A stretch of DNA of 63,368 bases, filler included, from Octopus bimaculoides (Eukaryota): NCBI RefSeq assembly GCF_001194135.2. It is 6 parts of 6 records of this genome, joined end to end, with 100 filler letters (N's around TTAATTAATTAA, not from the genome) between each part and the next. Parts side by side here need not be neighbours in the genome. Positions count along the whole stretch, not along the records: positions 1 to 22,837 come from NC_068994.1; positions 22,938 to 30,804 come from NC_068988.1; 4 more parts are not named here. One strand, 5' to 3'. A program made the position numbers and the translations under genes. The notes beneath the pieces are model-generated. The model saw only the letters and a list, made by a program, of their open reading frames with translations. It searched no databases and had not been told where the DNA came from. The number at the start of each line of letters is the position of its first letter. Positions within the stretch are counted from its first letter, which is position 1. This document shows positions 13,711 through 24,624 of the stretch, piece by piece.

Positions 13711-13722
13711 TATTACTATTAC

Positions 13723-13756
<34 letters not shown>

Positions 13757-13850
13757 TCTCTTTATCACGGGTTTTGTTGGAGCTTGTAATCTGCAGCCTA
13801 CAGTACCATGCAATCCTTTCTTTTCAGCTATCTAATACTTTCCTGTTTAC
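13757..13850 (-). mobile_element. R4/Dong 3'UTR fragment
   Basis: ttatcacgggttttgttggagc...cagcctacagtaccatgc, the same 3'UTR as at 18408 and 57265. Confidence 0.75.
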
Positions 13851-13863
13851 TATTATTATTATC

Positions 13864-13913
<50 letters not shown>

Positions 13914-13924
13914 GTGTTGCTGTT

Positions 13925-14790
13925 GTTGTTTAATCAGCATATTTGTTGCAATCACTTGCCCTACGACAAGTGAAGAATTAGAGATGCTACAGATTGACTG
14001 ACTGAAAGCATGGGAAGAGGAAATAGCAAGGGCAGTAGCGAAATATCTCCATGTAATATAACACAAACATTTCAACTGATAGGGTTTTCCTAAGGATGCG
14101 GGCAGTACTTGTCATCACATTCTTTTGGATTTCTCTGAGACATGGTTCTCCTGGGATGTTGTCTAGATTGTTTCTGACATACCTTTTTTATTATACCTAA
14201 GGCACCCACAATAACAGGAACAATTCTCGCTTTAAGATGCTACATATTTTTTATTTCAATTTCCAGGTCCTTATATTTACTTAATTTGTCATATTCCTTC
14301 GCAGATATATTTTTATCAGTGGGAACACTTACATCTATTAGTCTACAAGTATTTTCTTCCCTGTCTTTAATAATTATGTCAGGTCGATTAGCCTGGATCG
14401 TTCTCTCGGTGTTGACTGGAAAATCCCAGAGGATAGTGACATTTTAATCTTCAACGGCTAGCTCAGGATGATATTCATATCAGTAACCAAGAGTGCCCAT
14501 TTTGTAGTGTTTACATATTTTCCAGTGTAAATACTGTCCTACCCTATCGTGGTGATTTTTGTATTTGTTTGGTGTGAGCACAGAACATCCCGAAACTAGA
14601 TGGTCTATTGTTTCGTCAAATGTATCGCAGAATCTGCATTCAGGGTCAGAACCGTTTTAAAGAACGTTAGCCTTGTAGTTTTTGGTAAGCAACCTTTGAT
14701 CTTGTGCCGGCAATATGAAACCTTCAGTCTCTGCTTTCAGCCCTGAACTTCTGAGCCACTGATAGGTTATTGCTTGGTCTACATCAGCAG
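13925..14790 (-). mobile_element. R4/Dong 3' fragment (knuckle + RLE + 3'UTR), same family as 61033-61738
   Basis: Minus strand reads ADVDQA...QWLRSSGLKAETEGF...ANRPDIIIKD...IDVSVP...KYKDLEIEI...LRKTLS. 3'UTR ends ggcaagtgattgcaacaaa as at ~61700. Confidence 0.85.
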
Positions 14791-17330
14791 GCAAATTTCT
14801 ACTACATCACCAGCTACATCTCCGTGTTGCTGAGGTATGTGCAGCATTGTGTGTTCTTTGTTGTCGTTAGAGGACTGCAAACTCTTTCCCATATTGTATT
14901 GCATCAGTTTGTTGTGGGGTCTCGTTGCAGTCTTTTGTTGTATAAGTGTTTGCATTGCGTTTTGTGTATGTACTGTGAGTTGTGTTCTTCTGTTGCTATC
15001 AATCCTGCTGGTTGTTGTTTATTTTATTGGATATTTGCTATATAGAGTATGTCTTGTTTGTGGGTCGTTTTGTTTGGGTTGTATTATTGAATTGATAGCC
15101 TTGCATAGGATGTGGGCTGTTCTTAACAGGGTTATTTTTATGGATAGTGTGTAGTGTCGAGGGTCCAGGATTTTGTTGAGGGTCTACATTTTTGTACATA
15201 TATCCTGTTTATTCAAGCCCAATGATCCAATTATTGCTGGTATTCTTTTCACCTTTGTGACTTCAATACTTCAATTCAAGGTCTTTGTACCTTGACAATT
15301 TTTCCACTTCTTTTGGGGTAATATTTTGGTCAGAAGGGACTGCAGTAACACGGTGTTTTTTTTTTCAATCCTTGATTATTATGTGTGAGTGATTAGCATT
15401 TATTTCTTTGTCAGTTCGAATAGGCATGTCTCAGATGATTGTGACGTGGTCGTTGTTATATACCTTGCTTGGCACATGTTTACAACATTTATTGTCAGTT
15501 TTTATGTTGTAGTGTTGGATATAACAAATTATTCAGTCNNNNNNNNNNNNNNNNNNNNNNNNNNNNNNNNNNNNNNNNNNNNNNNNNNNNNNNNNNNNNN
15601 NNNNNNNNNNNNNNNNNNNNNNNNNNNNNNNNNNNNNNTATATATATATTCAGATTTTTCAAGGACTAGAGAGCTAGAGATGATGTGGTCAACGGTCTCA
15701 TTGTGCTCGTTGCGCATTCTGTATTTGGTGTTAGCACCTGTTTTCATTACTTTGCTTTTTTACTTGTTTGTGGTTATGCATTGGTATTGTACAGCGAGAA
15801 TCAGTTTTTCCGTTTCACCTTTTAATCCAGAAGTTTTGAGCCATCGTTGGCCTTTACTTAGGCTTACTTCTCTTTCAAACCTTGCAGGGTTATTGGCCAT
15901 AGAGTGGTTTTTCTCTCCATTTCTTCTTTAGCATGTTTTGCAGTTTTGTTTTCATGTTGATTTTTGTCTCTTTCACCATTTCTGCTATGTTGTCATCTGA
16001 GATTAGTGTATCATTGTAGTTTGTTTCTGTCGTGTATTTTGTTGCCTCCTTGTATATAGAGACAAGCGTTTTATTTTTCTCATGTTGCTTTATGACATGT
16101 ATTAGTCTTCCAGTTTTTGCTTCTAAATACTTTTCTAGTCTAATTGTTGTTAGTTCATAGTAGTTCTCTATCTTTGTCAGGCCCCGACCTTCTGAGAGGA
16201 GTAGATATATTCTGTCTGCGTCTGCTTGAGTTAGTGACTTTGGTATGCTGTTAAAAGTTTTCAGGGTTTTTTTATCTTAATTTCCAGTTTATTATGTTGA
16301 ATTTAAGTCTGGTATGACTAGCGTTCTTCTCTCTGTTATCTTATTTTTAACATTGAGTTCTGTGTTTAATATTAGTATAACTCTTCTGTAATACTCTCTC
16401 CAAATTTTCTCTTTCATTTTTATGTGTTGTATTTTAGCTGTTTCATCTTTTCTTAGATATTTGTATGGGCGATTGTGGTCTAATTCTTTGATTTCTGTGT
16501 CTATGTCGAGCGCAGTGTTTTCAGGCAGATTAATTTGCCTCTTCTCAGTGTCACTTTAGTACATTTATCCAGCACCAAGCTCATCCCGATGTCCTTACTG
16601 AAACTATGGACAATTTTTGAAGTGTTTCTCTGTTCCATAGTATTTTTAGTGAAAATTTTAAAATCATCCATGTATCGGAGATGGTTTATTGTTTGCCACT
16701 AACCCATAGTGGTTTCGTTTAACAAGTTTGTTAGCGGGATCATAGCAAGGCAGAAAACAGAGGTGACAGCGAGTCCCCTTGGAAAATTCCTCTTCTTATG
16801 GATATAGGGCAAGTTTTAATAACGTGATTCATTTTTCTGTGTTAAACTGGTTTTCCAGTTTGCTATTGCATCTTTGATATATTGTAGTAGCGTTGGAGCT
16901 ACTTTGTGTGGAGAGATTCTAGTATCCATGAGTGTGGAACACTGCCGAATGCTTTCTGATAATCAACCCAAGTCATATTCAGGTTTGTCATTCTCTTCTT
17001 CAAGTCCTCTACAATGGGTCGATTTACCAGAAGTTTCTCTTTACAACCATACGTCCCTCTCGGTACCACTTTTGTTCTTCTGGTAAAGCATTGTTGTTTT
17101 CCAGGTGTATTATAAGCTGGCTATAGATGATTGTGAGGCTTTTGTAGATTATGGATAGGCACGTTATTGACATGTAATTTTGTGGATATATAGTGTCTTT
17201 CTTTTGGCGAATTAGGGGGGTTTGTCCTTCCAGTATCCAGCTTGGTGTTGATTTTGGCTTGCTTATTAATAAATTAAATGCTGCCGCAATGGCTATGTAG
17301 GTATGGGTGATGGTGAGGTGTTTCAGCCAG
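14790..17330 (-). mobile_element. R4/Dong retrotransposon, 5'-truncated, spanning gap 15539-15638, with long C/A-rich 3'UTR
   Basis: Minus strand has GIFQGDSLSPLFSALL (~16740-16800) and YMDD (catccatgta ~16667), ETVDHIISSS (15529-15747), RLE at 15140-15530, and a 3'UTR matching 17480-17790 and 56670-57000. Confidence 0.85.
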
Positions 17331-18090
17331 TTGCAGCTAGTCCTCAGTGTGTTCGTAATCTCTTGGCTTGTGATAGTGGGCCATACCTGTGGTGCTATTT
17401 TGCTCTTCCATTCCTTTTTCTTATTTATCCAAGGAGAATTTTTGCTGTGTCAATCTTGTTTGCTCCATATTCCTTCCCATGCATCACTTGCTACGCTTCC
17501 GTGTTGCTTGGGTGTGTGCAACATTGTGTTCCTTTTAGTTGCTGGGGGAGCACAAACACTTTCCGGTATTGTATTGCATGATATCGTTTGCTATGGGGTT
17601 TGTTTGCGGTCTTTTGTATTAATGTCTGTATTGTGTGATGTGTTTAACGAGAGTTGTGTTCTGTTGGGTATCCGGTTTGTCGAGTATATGTTGCAGTGGT
17701 TGTTTATTTTATTGGCTATTTTCTGTATAGAGTATGTCTCGCGTTTGTGGATTGTTTTATTGCTTGGGTTGGCTTATTGAATTGATAGCTTCTAGCGTAG
17801 GATGTGCGCTGTTCTTAGCAGGGCTATATTTTGGATAGTGTGTAGTGTTGAGGGTTCAGGTATACCTTCTACGTTTTTGTTCATGACTTTTTTATATCAT
17901 ACCCAATGATCAAATTATTACTGGTATTGTTTTCATGTCCCACTTAATCAATACTTAAATTTCGAGATCTTTGTGCGTTGACAATTTCTCCACTTCTTTT
18001 TGAGCGGTATTTTGTTCAGAAGGGACTACAATGTCTATCAGTAACTGGTTGTTTGTTTGTTTTCTAATACTTGATTATTAAGTCTGGGCG
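17330..18090 (-). mobile_element. R4/Dong 3' fragment (RLE + long 3'UTR)
   Basis: Minus strand reads ...LIDIVVPSEQNTAQKEVEKLSTHKDLEI...LGMI...AHILR. The UTR is paralogous to 14790-15140. Confidence 0.82.
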
Positions 18091-18112
18091 ACAAACTATT
18101 ATTATTATTATA

Positions 18113-18345
18113 TATTGTCTTTGCACAGCTTCTAATGCTGGAGATGTACTACGGTGCCAGCTGTTCACTACCAGTGAACTAAAGTAACATCCCTTATTTT
18201 TCTAGCACCATCTGGAGTATTCGAGCGGTTCCAAGCAGTGATATTTTCTGCAAGTGCTCCATCCTTATTGCAGCCCCTATTTGTTCCTTGCATTTCTCAA
18301 GATTTTTACTCACTGTTCGCAGGGCTTCGACAATTATTGGTACAA
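18113..18345 (-). mobile_element. R4/Dong 3' end (same family as 4075-4850)
   Basis: ttgtctttgcacagcttctaatgctggagatgtactacgg is nearly identical to 4079-4130. ORF ends KISLLGTARILQMVLEK*. Confidence 0.9.
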
Positions 18346-18404
18346 CTACCTGTGGTGCTATATCATTATCATCATCATCATCATTATTTTTATTGTTATT
18401 TATT

Positions 18405-19105
18405 TTCTTTTTATCACAGGTTTTGTTGGAGCTCCCGGAGTCTTGCATGCGTAGCGGACTTATTACCTTCAACCTACGGTACCATGCTATTCGTTCTTTT
18501 CAGCTATCTTATACTTTCCTGATTTTTCTGGCCGTGTCAACAAGGCAAACCTTTTGTAACAGTTCTACTAGGCACTCTATTCCAATTTCCTTTACATTCC
18601 CCTTGATGCCTTATTATACTGTTCCCAAGGACCCAAAAATAATTGGCACCATCTTCACCTTCTTCATTTTCCATAGCCGGGCTATTTCGTACTTAAGAGT
18701 GTTGTATTTATCTATCTTTTCACCTTTCTTCTTGATTATACGTGGGTCAAAGGTGCACGCAGCATCAACTATATAGCACATGTGGTGCATCTTGTCAACC
18801 ACTACTAGGTCCCGTCTGTTATACACTAGCACCCGATCTGTTTGGATTTTTAAATCCCAGAGAATTTTGCAAGTCTCCGACTCCGCCACTCTCTGTGGTT
18901 TGTACTCATACCACGTCTTGCCTCTTTCTAGCCCCCAATTTTCGCACTTTACCAATGTAGCACATTCGCTACCTGGTCGTGTCGCCACAACCTGTTGTGG
19001 TTTGGGGCAAGTCTAAAGTGTTCGTTCGTAATATGGGAAATGGCTTCATCCACTTTATTGCAGATGCGGCATAGTGGAGACAATTCCTCATTCCTAAGGT
19101 TGACC
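18405..19105 (-). mobile_element. R4/Dong 3' fragment
   Basis: ORFs 18614-18988 (KILWDLKIQTD...RRDLVVVDK...IVDAAC) and 18949-19290 (PLCRICNKVDEAISHI...WRHDQVANVLHW). Confidence 0.9.
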
Positions 19106-19117
19106 CTCCAGTTCGTG

Positions 19118-19178
<61 letters not shown>

Positions 19179-19194
19179 CGTTATAATTATTATT

Positions 19195-19725
19195 GAGTGA
19201 GAGAGTAATGCATGCCATCAAAGTGAATCTGGGGTAAAATATACGAAGCCCAGTATAGCCATCATTACTACCCGTCTTATAAGGGTACACCAGACATATG
19301 CATCACAATTATATAAGCGCGACATGGTGATCTAACATCAAGGTAAGTAGCTCATGACTTTGCAGGTGGGGCTTAGTTGGAATTTTTTTTCGGGTCGAGT
19401 AACCCATCCCACTCAAAAGGTCCCTGAATAAGGTTTGTCTAAAGATGTTTCCAGAGGTGAATTAGTCAAATTCCAATTGCTCTCAACACATGGCTATGAT
19501 GCTCCCCCACTACTTCTGCTCGTGATCAGAAATGCACATATCGTCAGCCACCAAGGGACATGATAAACTGGTTAAGGTCAAACAACTGACAAGCAAATCT
19601 GTGGTATTGAGCAGAACATTTACTGTAGCCATCTTTTATACCAAAACAAAACAGTGTATATGAAAGCATCTCCTATCAGTTAAGATGAGAAGCCATGAAA
19701 GCTACTGCCTGGTATTGCATCAGAG
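19195..19725 (-). mobile_element. Non-coding TAA-embedded element, apparently full length (~530 bp)
   Basis: (ATT)n on both sides. Reverse complement aligns end to end with 60402-60908. No ORF. Confidence 0.88.
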
Positions 19726-19729
19726 TATC

Positions 19730-19772
<43 letters not shown>

Positions 19773-19778
<6 letters not shown>

Positions 19779-22700
19779 TAGTTTTATTTTTATAACGTGC
19801 TTTCACATCACAACCGAGCGCAACTCTGTGTGACTTAGGTATGTGCTGTGGTTTGCTGTGATGCTCTTATGTTTACTGTATTGAAAGTGTTTTGCGTAGG
19901 ATGTGTGCAGTGCCCAGTAATGCAATTTTCTGTATGTTATATATATTTGTAAGTCCTGGTGTTTGTGTTATGTATTTGTCTGAATATTTTTTTATTATAC
20001 CTAAGGCACCTACTATGATAGGAACTGTTTCTGTTTTTAGATTCCACATTCGAGTTACCTCTATTTCCAGGTTTTTGTATTNNNNNNNNNNNNNNNNNNN
20101 NNNNNNNNNNNNNNNNNNNNNNNNNNNNNNNNNNNNNNNNNNNNNNNNNNNNNNNNNNNNNNNNNNNNNNNNNNNNNNNNNNNGATACATCAATTAGAAA
20201 GCATTTTTTTTTCTTCATGATCTTTGACAACTATATCTGGTCTATTTCCCTTAATTTCTCTATCTGTGTGTATTGGCATATCCCAGAGTATGGTTACTTT
20301 CTCGTTTATTGTGACCTTTTCTTGCGTGTGTTTATACCATATTTTTTCTGTTGTTATTCCATAGTGTTGGCATAGCTTCCAGTGTATATAGGTCCCAGCT
20401 CTTTCGTGTCTGTGAATATATTCCTTCTTAGCCAGGACTGGGCAGCCAGAGATAATATGATTTATTGTTTCTTGTCCATCTCCACATATTCTACAGTTAC
20501 TTGTTATGTTTCTTTTCATTATATGTTTTCCGTGATTTCTGGTGGGGAGGCTTTGGTGTTGTGCAGCAATTAAAAATCCTTCAGTCTCTGCTTTGAGTCT
20601 TGAGCTTCTCAGCCATTGCTGGGATTTTTCTGCTTATTTCTTTTGCATTTCGTTTAGCCCAGTATTTACCATGTAGGGGCTTTTCTTGTCATCGTTTTAT
20701 CATGGTCCGTTGTTGTTCTAGTTTGAGTTTGGATTTCATTTGTTTTATAGCTTTTGTTGTTTCTTCTTCTTCTTCTTCTTCTTATTTGTTAGGTATTATG
20801 ATTTCTTGTTTGTATTTGTCAGCTTCCTTAAATACTGAAAACAGTTTTTTTGTTTTGCTCGTGTTTTGTGGCTATTTGTATTAGTTTTCCTTGCTTCTGG
20901 AGTAGGTATTTTTGCAGTCCTATGGTGATTATTTTATAATAGTTTTCTAGCTGTATAAGACCCCTGCCCCCTTCTGTGCGTTGTATATATAGCCTTTCTA
21001 TGTCAAATTTTGGGTGGTGCATCCTATATCCTGTCATTATTTTTCTTGTTTTCCTGTCTATTTTAGATAGTTCGTTTAGTGTCCAGTTAAGGATATTGTA
21101 GCTGTAACTTATAACTGGGACAGCTAAAGTGTTAATACCTATTATCTTGTTTTTAGCATTGAGCTCTGTTTTTAGTATTGATCTAACTCGTCTATAATAC
21201 TCTTTCTTTATTTTTTCTTTCATTTGTGTGTGTTGTATCCTATCTAGTTCATTGACTCCTAAATATTTGTATGGCTGGCTTTCGTCTAGTNNNNNNNNNN
21301 TATTTCTTTTGCATTTCGTTTAGCCCAGTATTTACCATGTAGGGGCTTTTCTTGTCATCGTTTTATCATGGTCCGTTGTTGTTCTAGTTTGAGTTTGGAT
21401 TTCATTTGTTTTATAGCTTTTGTTGTTTCTTCTTCTTCTTCTTCTTCTTATTTGTTAGGTATTATGATTTCTTGTTTGTATTTGTCAGCTTCCTTAAATA
21501 CTGAAAACAGTTTTTTTGTTTTGCTCGTGTTTTGTGGCTATTTGTATTAGTTTTCCTTGCTTCTGGAGTAGGTATTTTTGCAGTCCTATGGTGATTATTT
21601 TATAATAGTTTTCTAGCTGTATAAGACCCCTGCCCCCTTCTGTGCGTTGTATATATAGCCTTTCTATGTCAAATTTTGGGTGGTGCATCCTATATCCTGT
21701 CATTATTTTTCTTGTTTTCCTGTCTATTTTAGATAGTTCGTTTAGTGTCCAGTTAAGGATATTGTAGCTGTAACTTATAACTGGGACAGCTAAAGTGTTA
21801 ATACCTATTATCTTGTTTTTAGCATTGAGCTCTGTTTTTAGTATTGATCTAACTCGTCTATAATACTCTTTCTTTATTTTTTCTTTCATTTGTGTGTGTT
21901 GTATCCTATCTAGTTCATTGACTCCTAAATATTTGTATGGCTGGCTTTCGTCTAGTCCTCTTATTCCATTGGCTTTATCTAGCGTGATGTTGCTACTTTT
22001 AACTAATTTTTCTCTTTTCAGGGTTACTTTGGCACATTTTTCTAATCCGAATTTCATATCTATCCCCTTGGTAAAGCCATGTACTGTCTGTAGTAGTGTT
22101 TCCAGTTCTTTGTCATTTCTAGCGTATATTTTAAGTCATCCATATATAATAGGTGGCTGACTGTTTTGCCGTAACATTTGTATCCACATCCAGTTCTATT
22201 TAGAAATTCAGTTAAAGGTGTGAGTGCCAGGCAGAACAAGAGTGGAGAGAGCGTGTCTCCCTGGAATATTCCTCTTCTAATGGGGATGGCTTTCGTTTTC
22301 ACAAGTCCCTTTTGTTTGGAGCTGTAGCACTGTCTACCATTTCTTCATAGAGTGCCTTGTGTATTTTATAATAATTGGTGCCACCTTGTTTATGGCTAGT
22401 GTTTCGAGAATCCACGTGTGGGGAACACTGTTGAAAGCCTTTTTGGTAGTCCACCCAGGCCATACTGAGGCCTTTCTTCTTTCTGCGGCTGTCTTCAGTT
22501 ATGGCTTTATTGATCAATAATTGATCTTTACAGCCGTATAAACACTTGCAGCATCCCTTCTGCTCTTCTGGAAACAGGTTGTTATTTTCCAGGTGCTTAC
22601 TCAATCTCTGCGATATTATTGCAGTAAAGGCTTTGCAGATCATAGGGAGACAAGATATAGGTCTGTAGTTTTGTGGTTTCTCCGTTTCCGTGGATTTGGG

Positions 22701-22837
22701 AATTAAGATGGTTTTCCCTTTCGTGAGCCATTCAGGCATTGTCTCTGGCTCTGCTAGTATGTTGTTAAAGTTTTCTGCCAGCTTTTTGTGCATTCCTGTC
22801 AGGTGTTTTAACCAGAAGTTGGGGATCTTGTCGTGCC
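19773..22837 (-). mobile_element. Young R4/Dong retrotransposon (RT, knuckle, RLE; 5' end lost in gap)
   Basis: Long minus-strand ORFs 22299-22793 (NYRPISCLP..KAFT..QKGC..GCKDQLLINK), 22060-22302 (GIFQGDTLSPLLF..LLYMDDLK), 21494-22057 and 20190-20519 (CRICGDGQETINHIISGC..NRPDIVVKD). Few frameshifts. Confidence 0.93.
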
Positions 22838-22881
22838 NNNNNNNNNNNNNNNNNNNNNNNNNNNNNNNNNNNNNNNNNNNN

Positions 22882-22893
22882 TTAATTAATTAA
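22882..22893. other. Assembly spacer TTAATTAATTAA (also 30849-30860, 38193-38204, 55749-55760, 62089-62100)
   Basis: The identical 12-mer sits between 44-N runs (44+12+44=100) and has stops in all six frames. Confidence 0.95.
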
Positions 22894-23379
22894 NNNNNNN
22901 NNNNNNNNNNNNNNNNNNNNNNNNNNNNNNNNNNNNNGATAAACACACGCACACACACACACATGTGTGTGTGCGTGTGTGTGTGTGTGTGTGTGTGCGT
23001 GTGTGTGTTGAGAGAGTGAGAGATGTGAGATTAATTATAGTATTCATTAGAATCGAGGCGCATCAACGCGTAGGACACTAGAAATGGCCATGTACCGCAG
23101 CATTCGTGTTCTTCTTCATGTGTGAATTGAAAATTTTCGCTTCACGCAGACAAAAAACGTTTCCATTGGTAGCAAAAATCTAGAACCAAGAGTCCGGGTA
23201 AGAAATTCTAATAAAAATCTACTAAGAGAGCGTGAAATTTCCAGTAAAAACTTGAATCGGGAAGAAAAGTTACCACTGAGATTCTTGTCATTAAATTGCT
23301 GACTAGTAAACGCAGCAGACATGTTTCATAATTGTTCGATCGGTGATTTTCTTAGCATTGCTGTACGCTTGTAATGTGT

Positions 23380-23811
23380 GTGTATGTATGTATGTATGTG
23401 TGGGGAGGGGGTGAATGCGCATGTGTGTGTGTGTCAACGCGCATGTATGTGTGTGTGTCAATGCGCTTGTGCATCTGTGTGAATGCGCATGTGTGTGTTT
23501 CTGTGTTTGTGTCTGTGTTTTTGTGTCTGTGTGTGTGTATAGGTGAATGTGCATGTGTGTGTGTGTGAATGCGCATGTATGTATGTGTGAATGCGCTTGT
23601 GCATGTGTGTGAACGCGCATGTGTGTGAACGCGCATGTGTGTGTGTCTGTGTCTGTGTGTGTGTGTGTGTGTGTCATTGTGTGTGTGTCTGTCTGTGTGT
23701 GTGTGAATGCCTTGTGTGTGTGTGTGAATGCGCATGTATGTGTGTGTGAATGCGCATGTGCGTGTGTTTGAATGCGCAGGTATGTATGTGAATGCGCAAG
23801 TGTGTGTGTAA

Positions 23812-23857
<46 letters not shown>
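23380..23857. repeat. Compound (TG)n minisatellite with recurring GTGTGAATGCGCAT unit
   Basis: Roughly ten variants of gtgtgaa(t/c)gcgc(a/t) embedded in TG repeats. Confidence 0.85.
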
Positions 23858-23858
<1 letters not shown>

Positions 23859-24059
23859 TATGAAATTACGTGTGTCAAAGAAAAAGGAACGCAAAACTTC
23901 CCAAGGAAAGGTTGCTTGGTACTTCGAGATGACTGGAGAGAAAATCGCTGTATTTTTGAGATTCTTAACTAAATAATTGAACCTTAAAATACAGCTGATT
24001 GGCTTTCATAGGAATGCGAATCACCCGCAAGTATAGTTGAACTGGTAAGAAGTCTGTGT

Positions 24060-24086
24060 TTAGATAGATAGATGAGATAGATAGAT

Positions 24087-24143
<57 letters not shown>

Positions 24144-24215
24144 TGGATGGATGGATGGATGGACAGACAGACAGACAGACAGATAGACAGATATGCTGAG
24201 AGAGGAGAGAAAGAG
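24060..24215. repeat. Compound (GATA)/(GA)/(GGAT)/(GACA) microsatellite
   Basis: Direct inspection. Confidence 0.9.
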
Positions 24216-24429
24216 AGCAAGAAGTAAAAATTATTTTAATATGCATGAAGATAAGGAGGAGATTAAAATGAGTTAATAGAAAAGAGAACAGTTTAGTATT
24301 TATAATCTCTCTATGCCAACTTATTGAACATTATAGATATAATCATATTCATAGAAATAACACTCTTCACACACCAATATATCATTTAAAATAAAGTCAC
24401 GTTATCACAGATGGTTTCGGGATAGATAG

Positions 24430-24487
<58 letters not shown>

Positions 24488-24587
24488 GATAAGAACTGGT
24501 CATAAACATCTAGAGGCGCATACACACAATTTTTTCACAAGATATAGACTTAGATAACCAATACACACCCACATACACATACAGCTA

Positions 24588-24624
<37 letters not shown>

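Noticed and set aside
19670-19725. Weak 5S rRNA box-like similarity (ctgatcttaactgattggaag) at the passenger element head
   Set aside because: Short gapped match with no box C or 5S termini. Insufficient to call a 5S-derived SINE.
20635-21956. Exact 656-bp tandem duplication (20635-21290 and 21301-21956) in the young Dong
   Set aside because: The copies look identical and are separated by a 10-N gap, the classic unmerged contig overlap. Assembly artefact unless long reads confirm it.
22882-22893. Recurring TTAATTAATTAA (5 copies)
   Set aside because: Sits between 44-N runs with all-frame stops. It is a synthetic scaffold spacer.
23303-23972. His/Thr- or Cys/Val-rich ORFs (also 30049-30706, 36760-37321, 55185-55692, 62823-63310)
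   Set aside because: Translations of (CA)n, (TG)n and (TA)n microsatellites.
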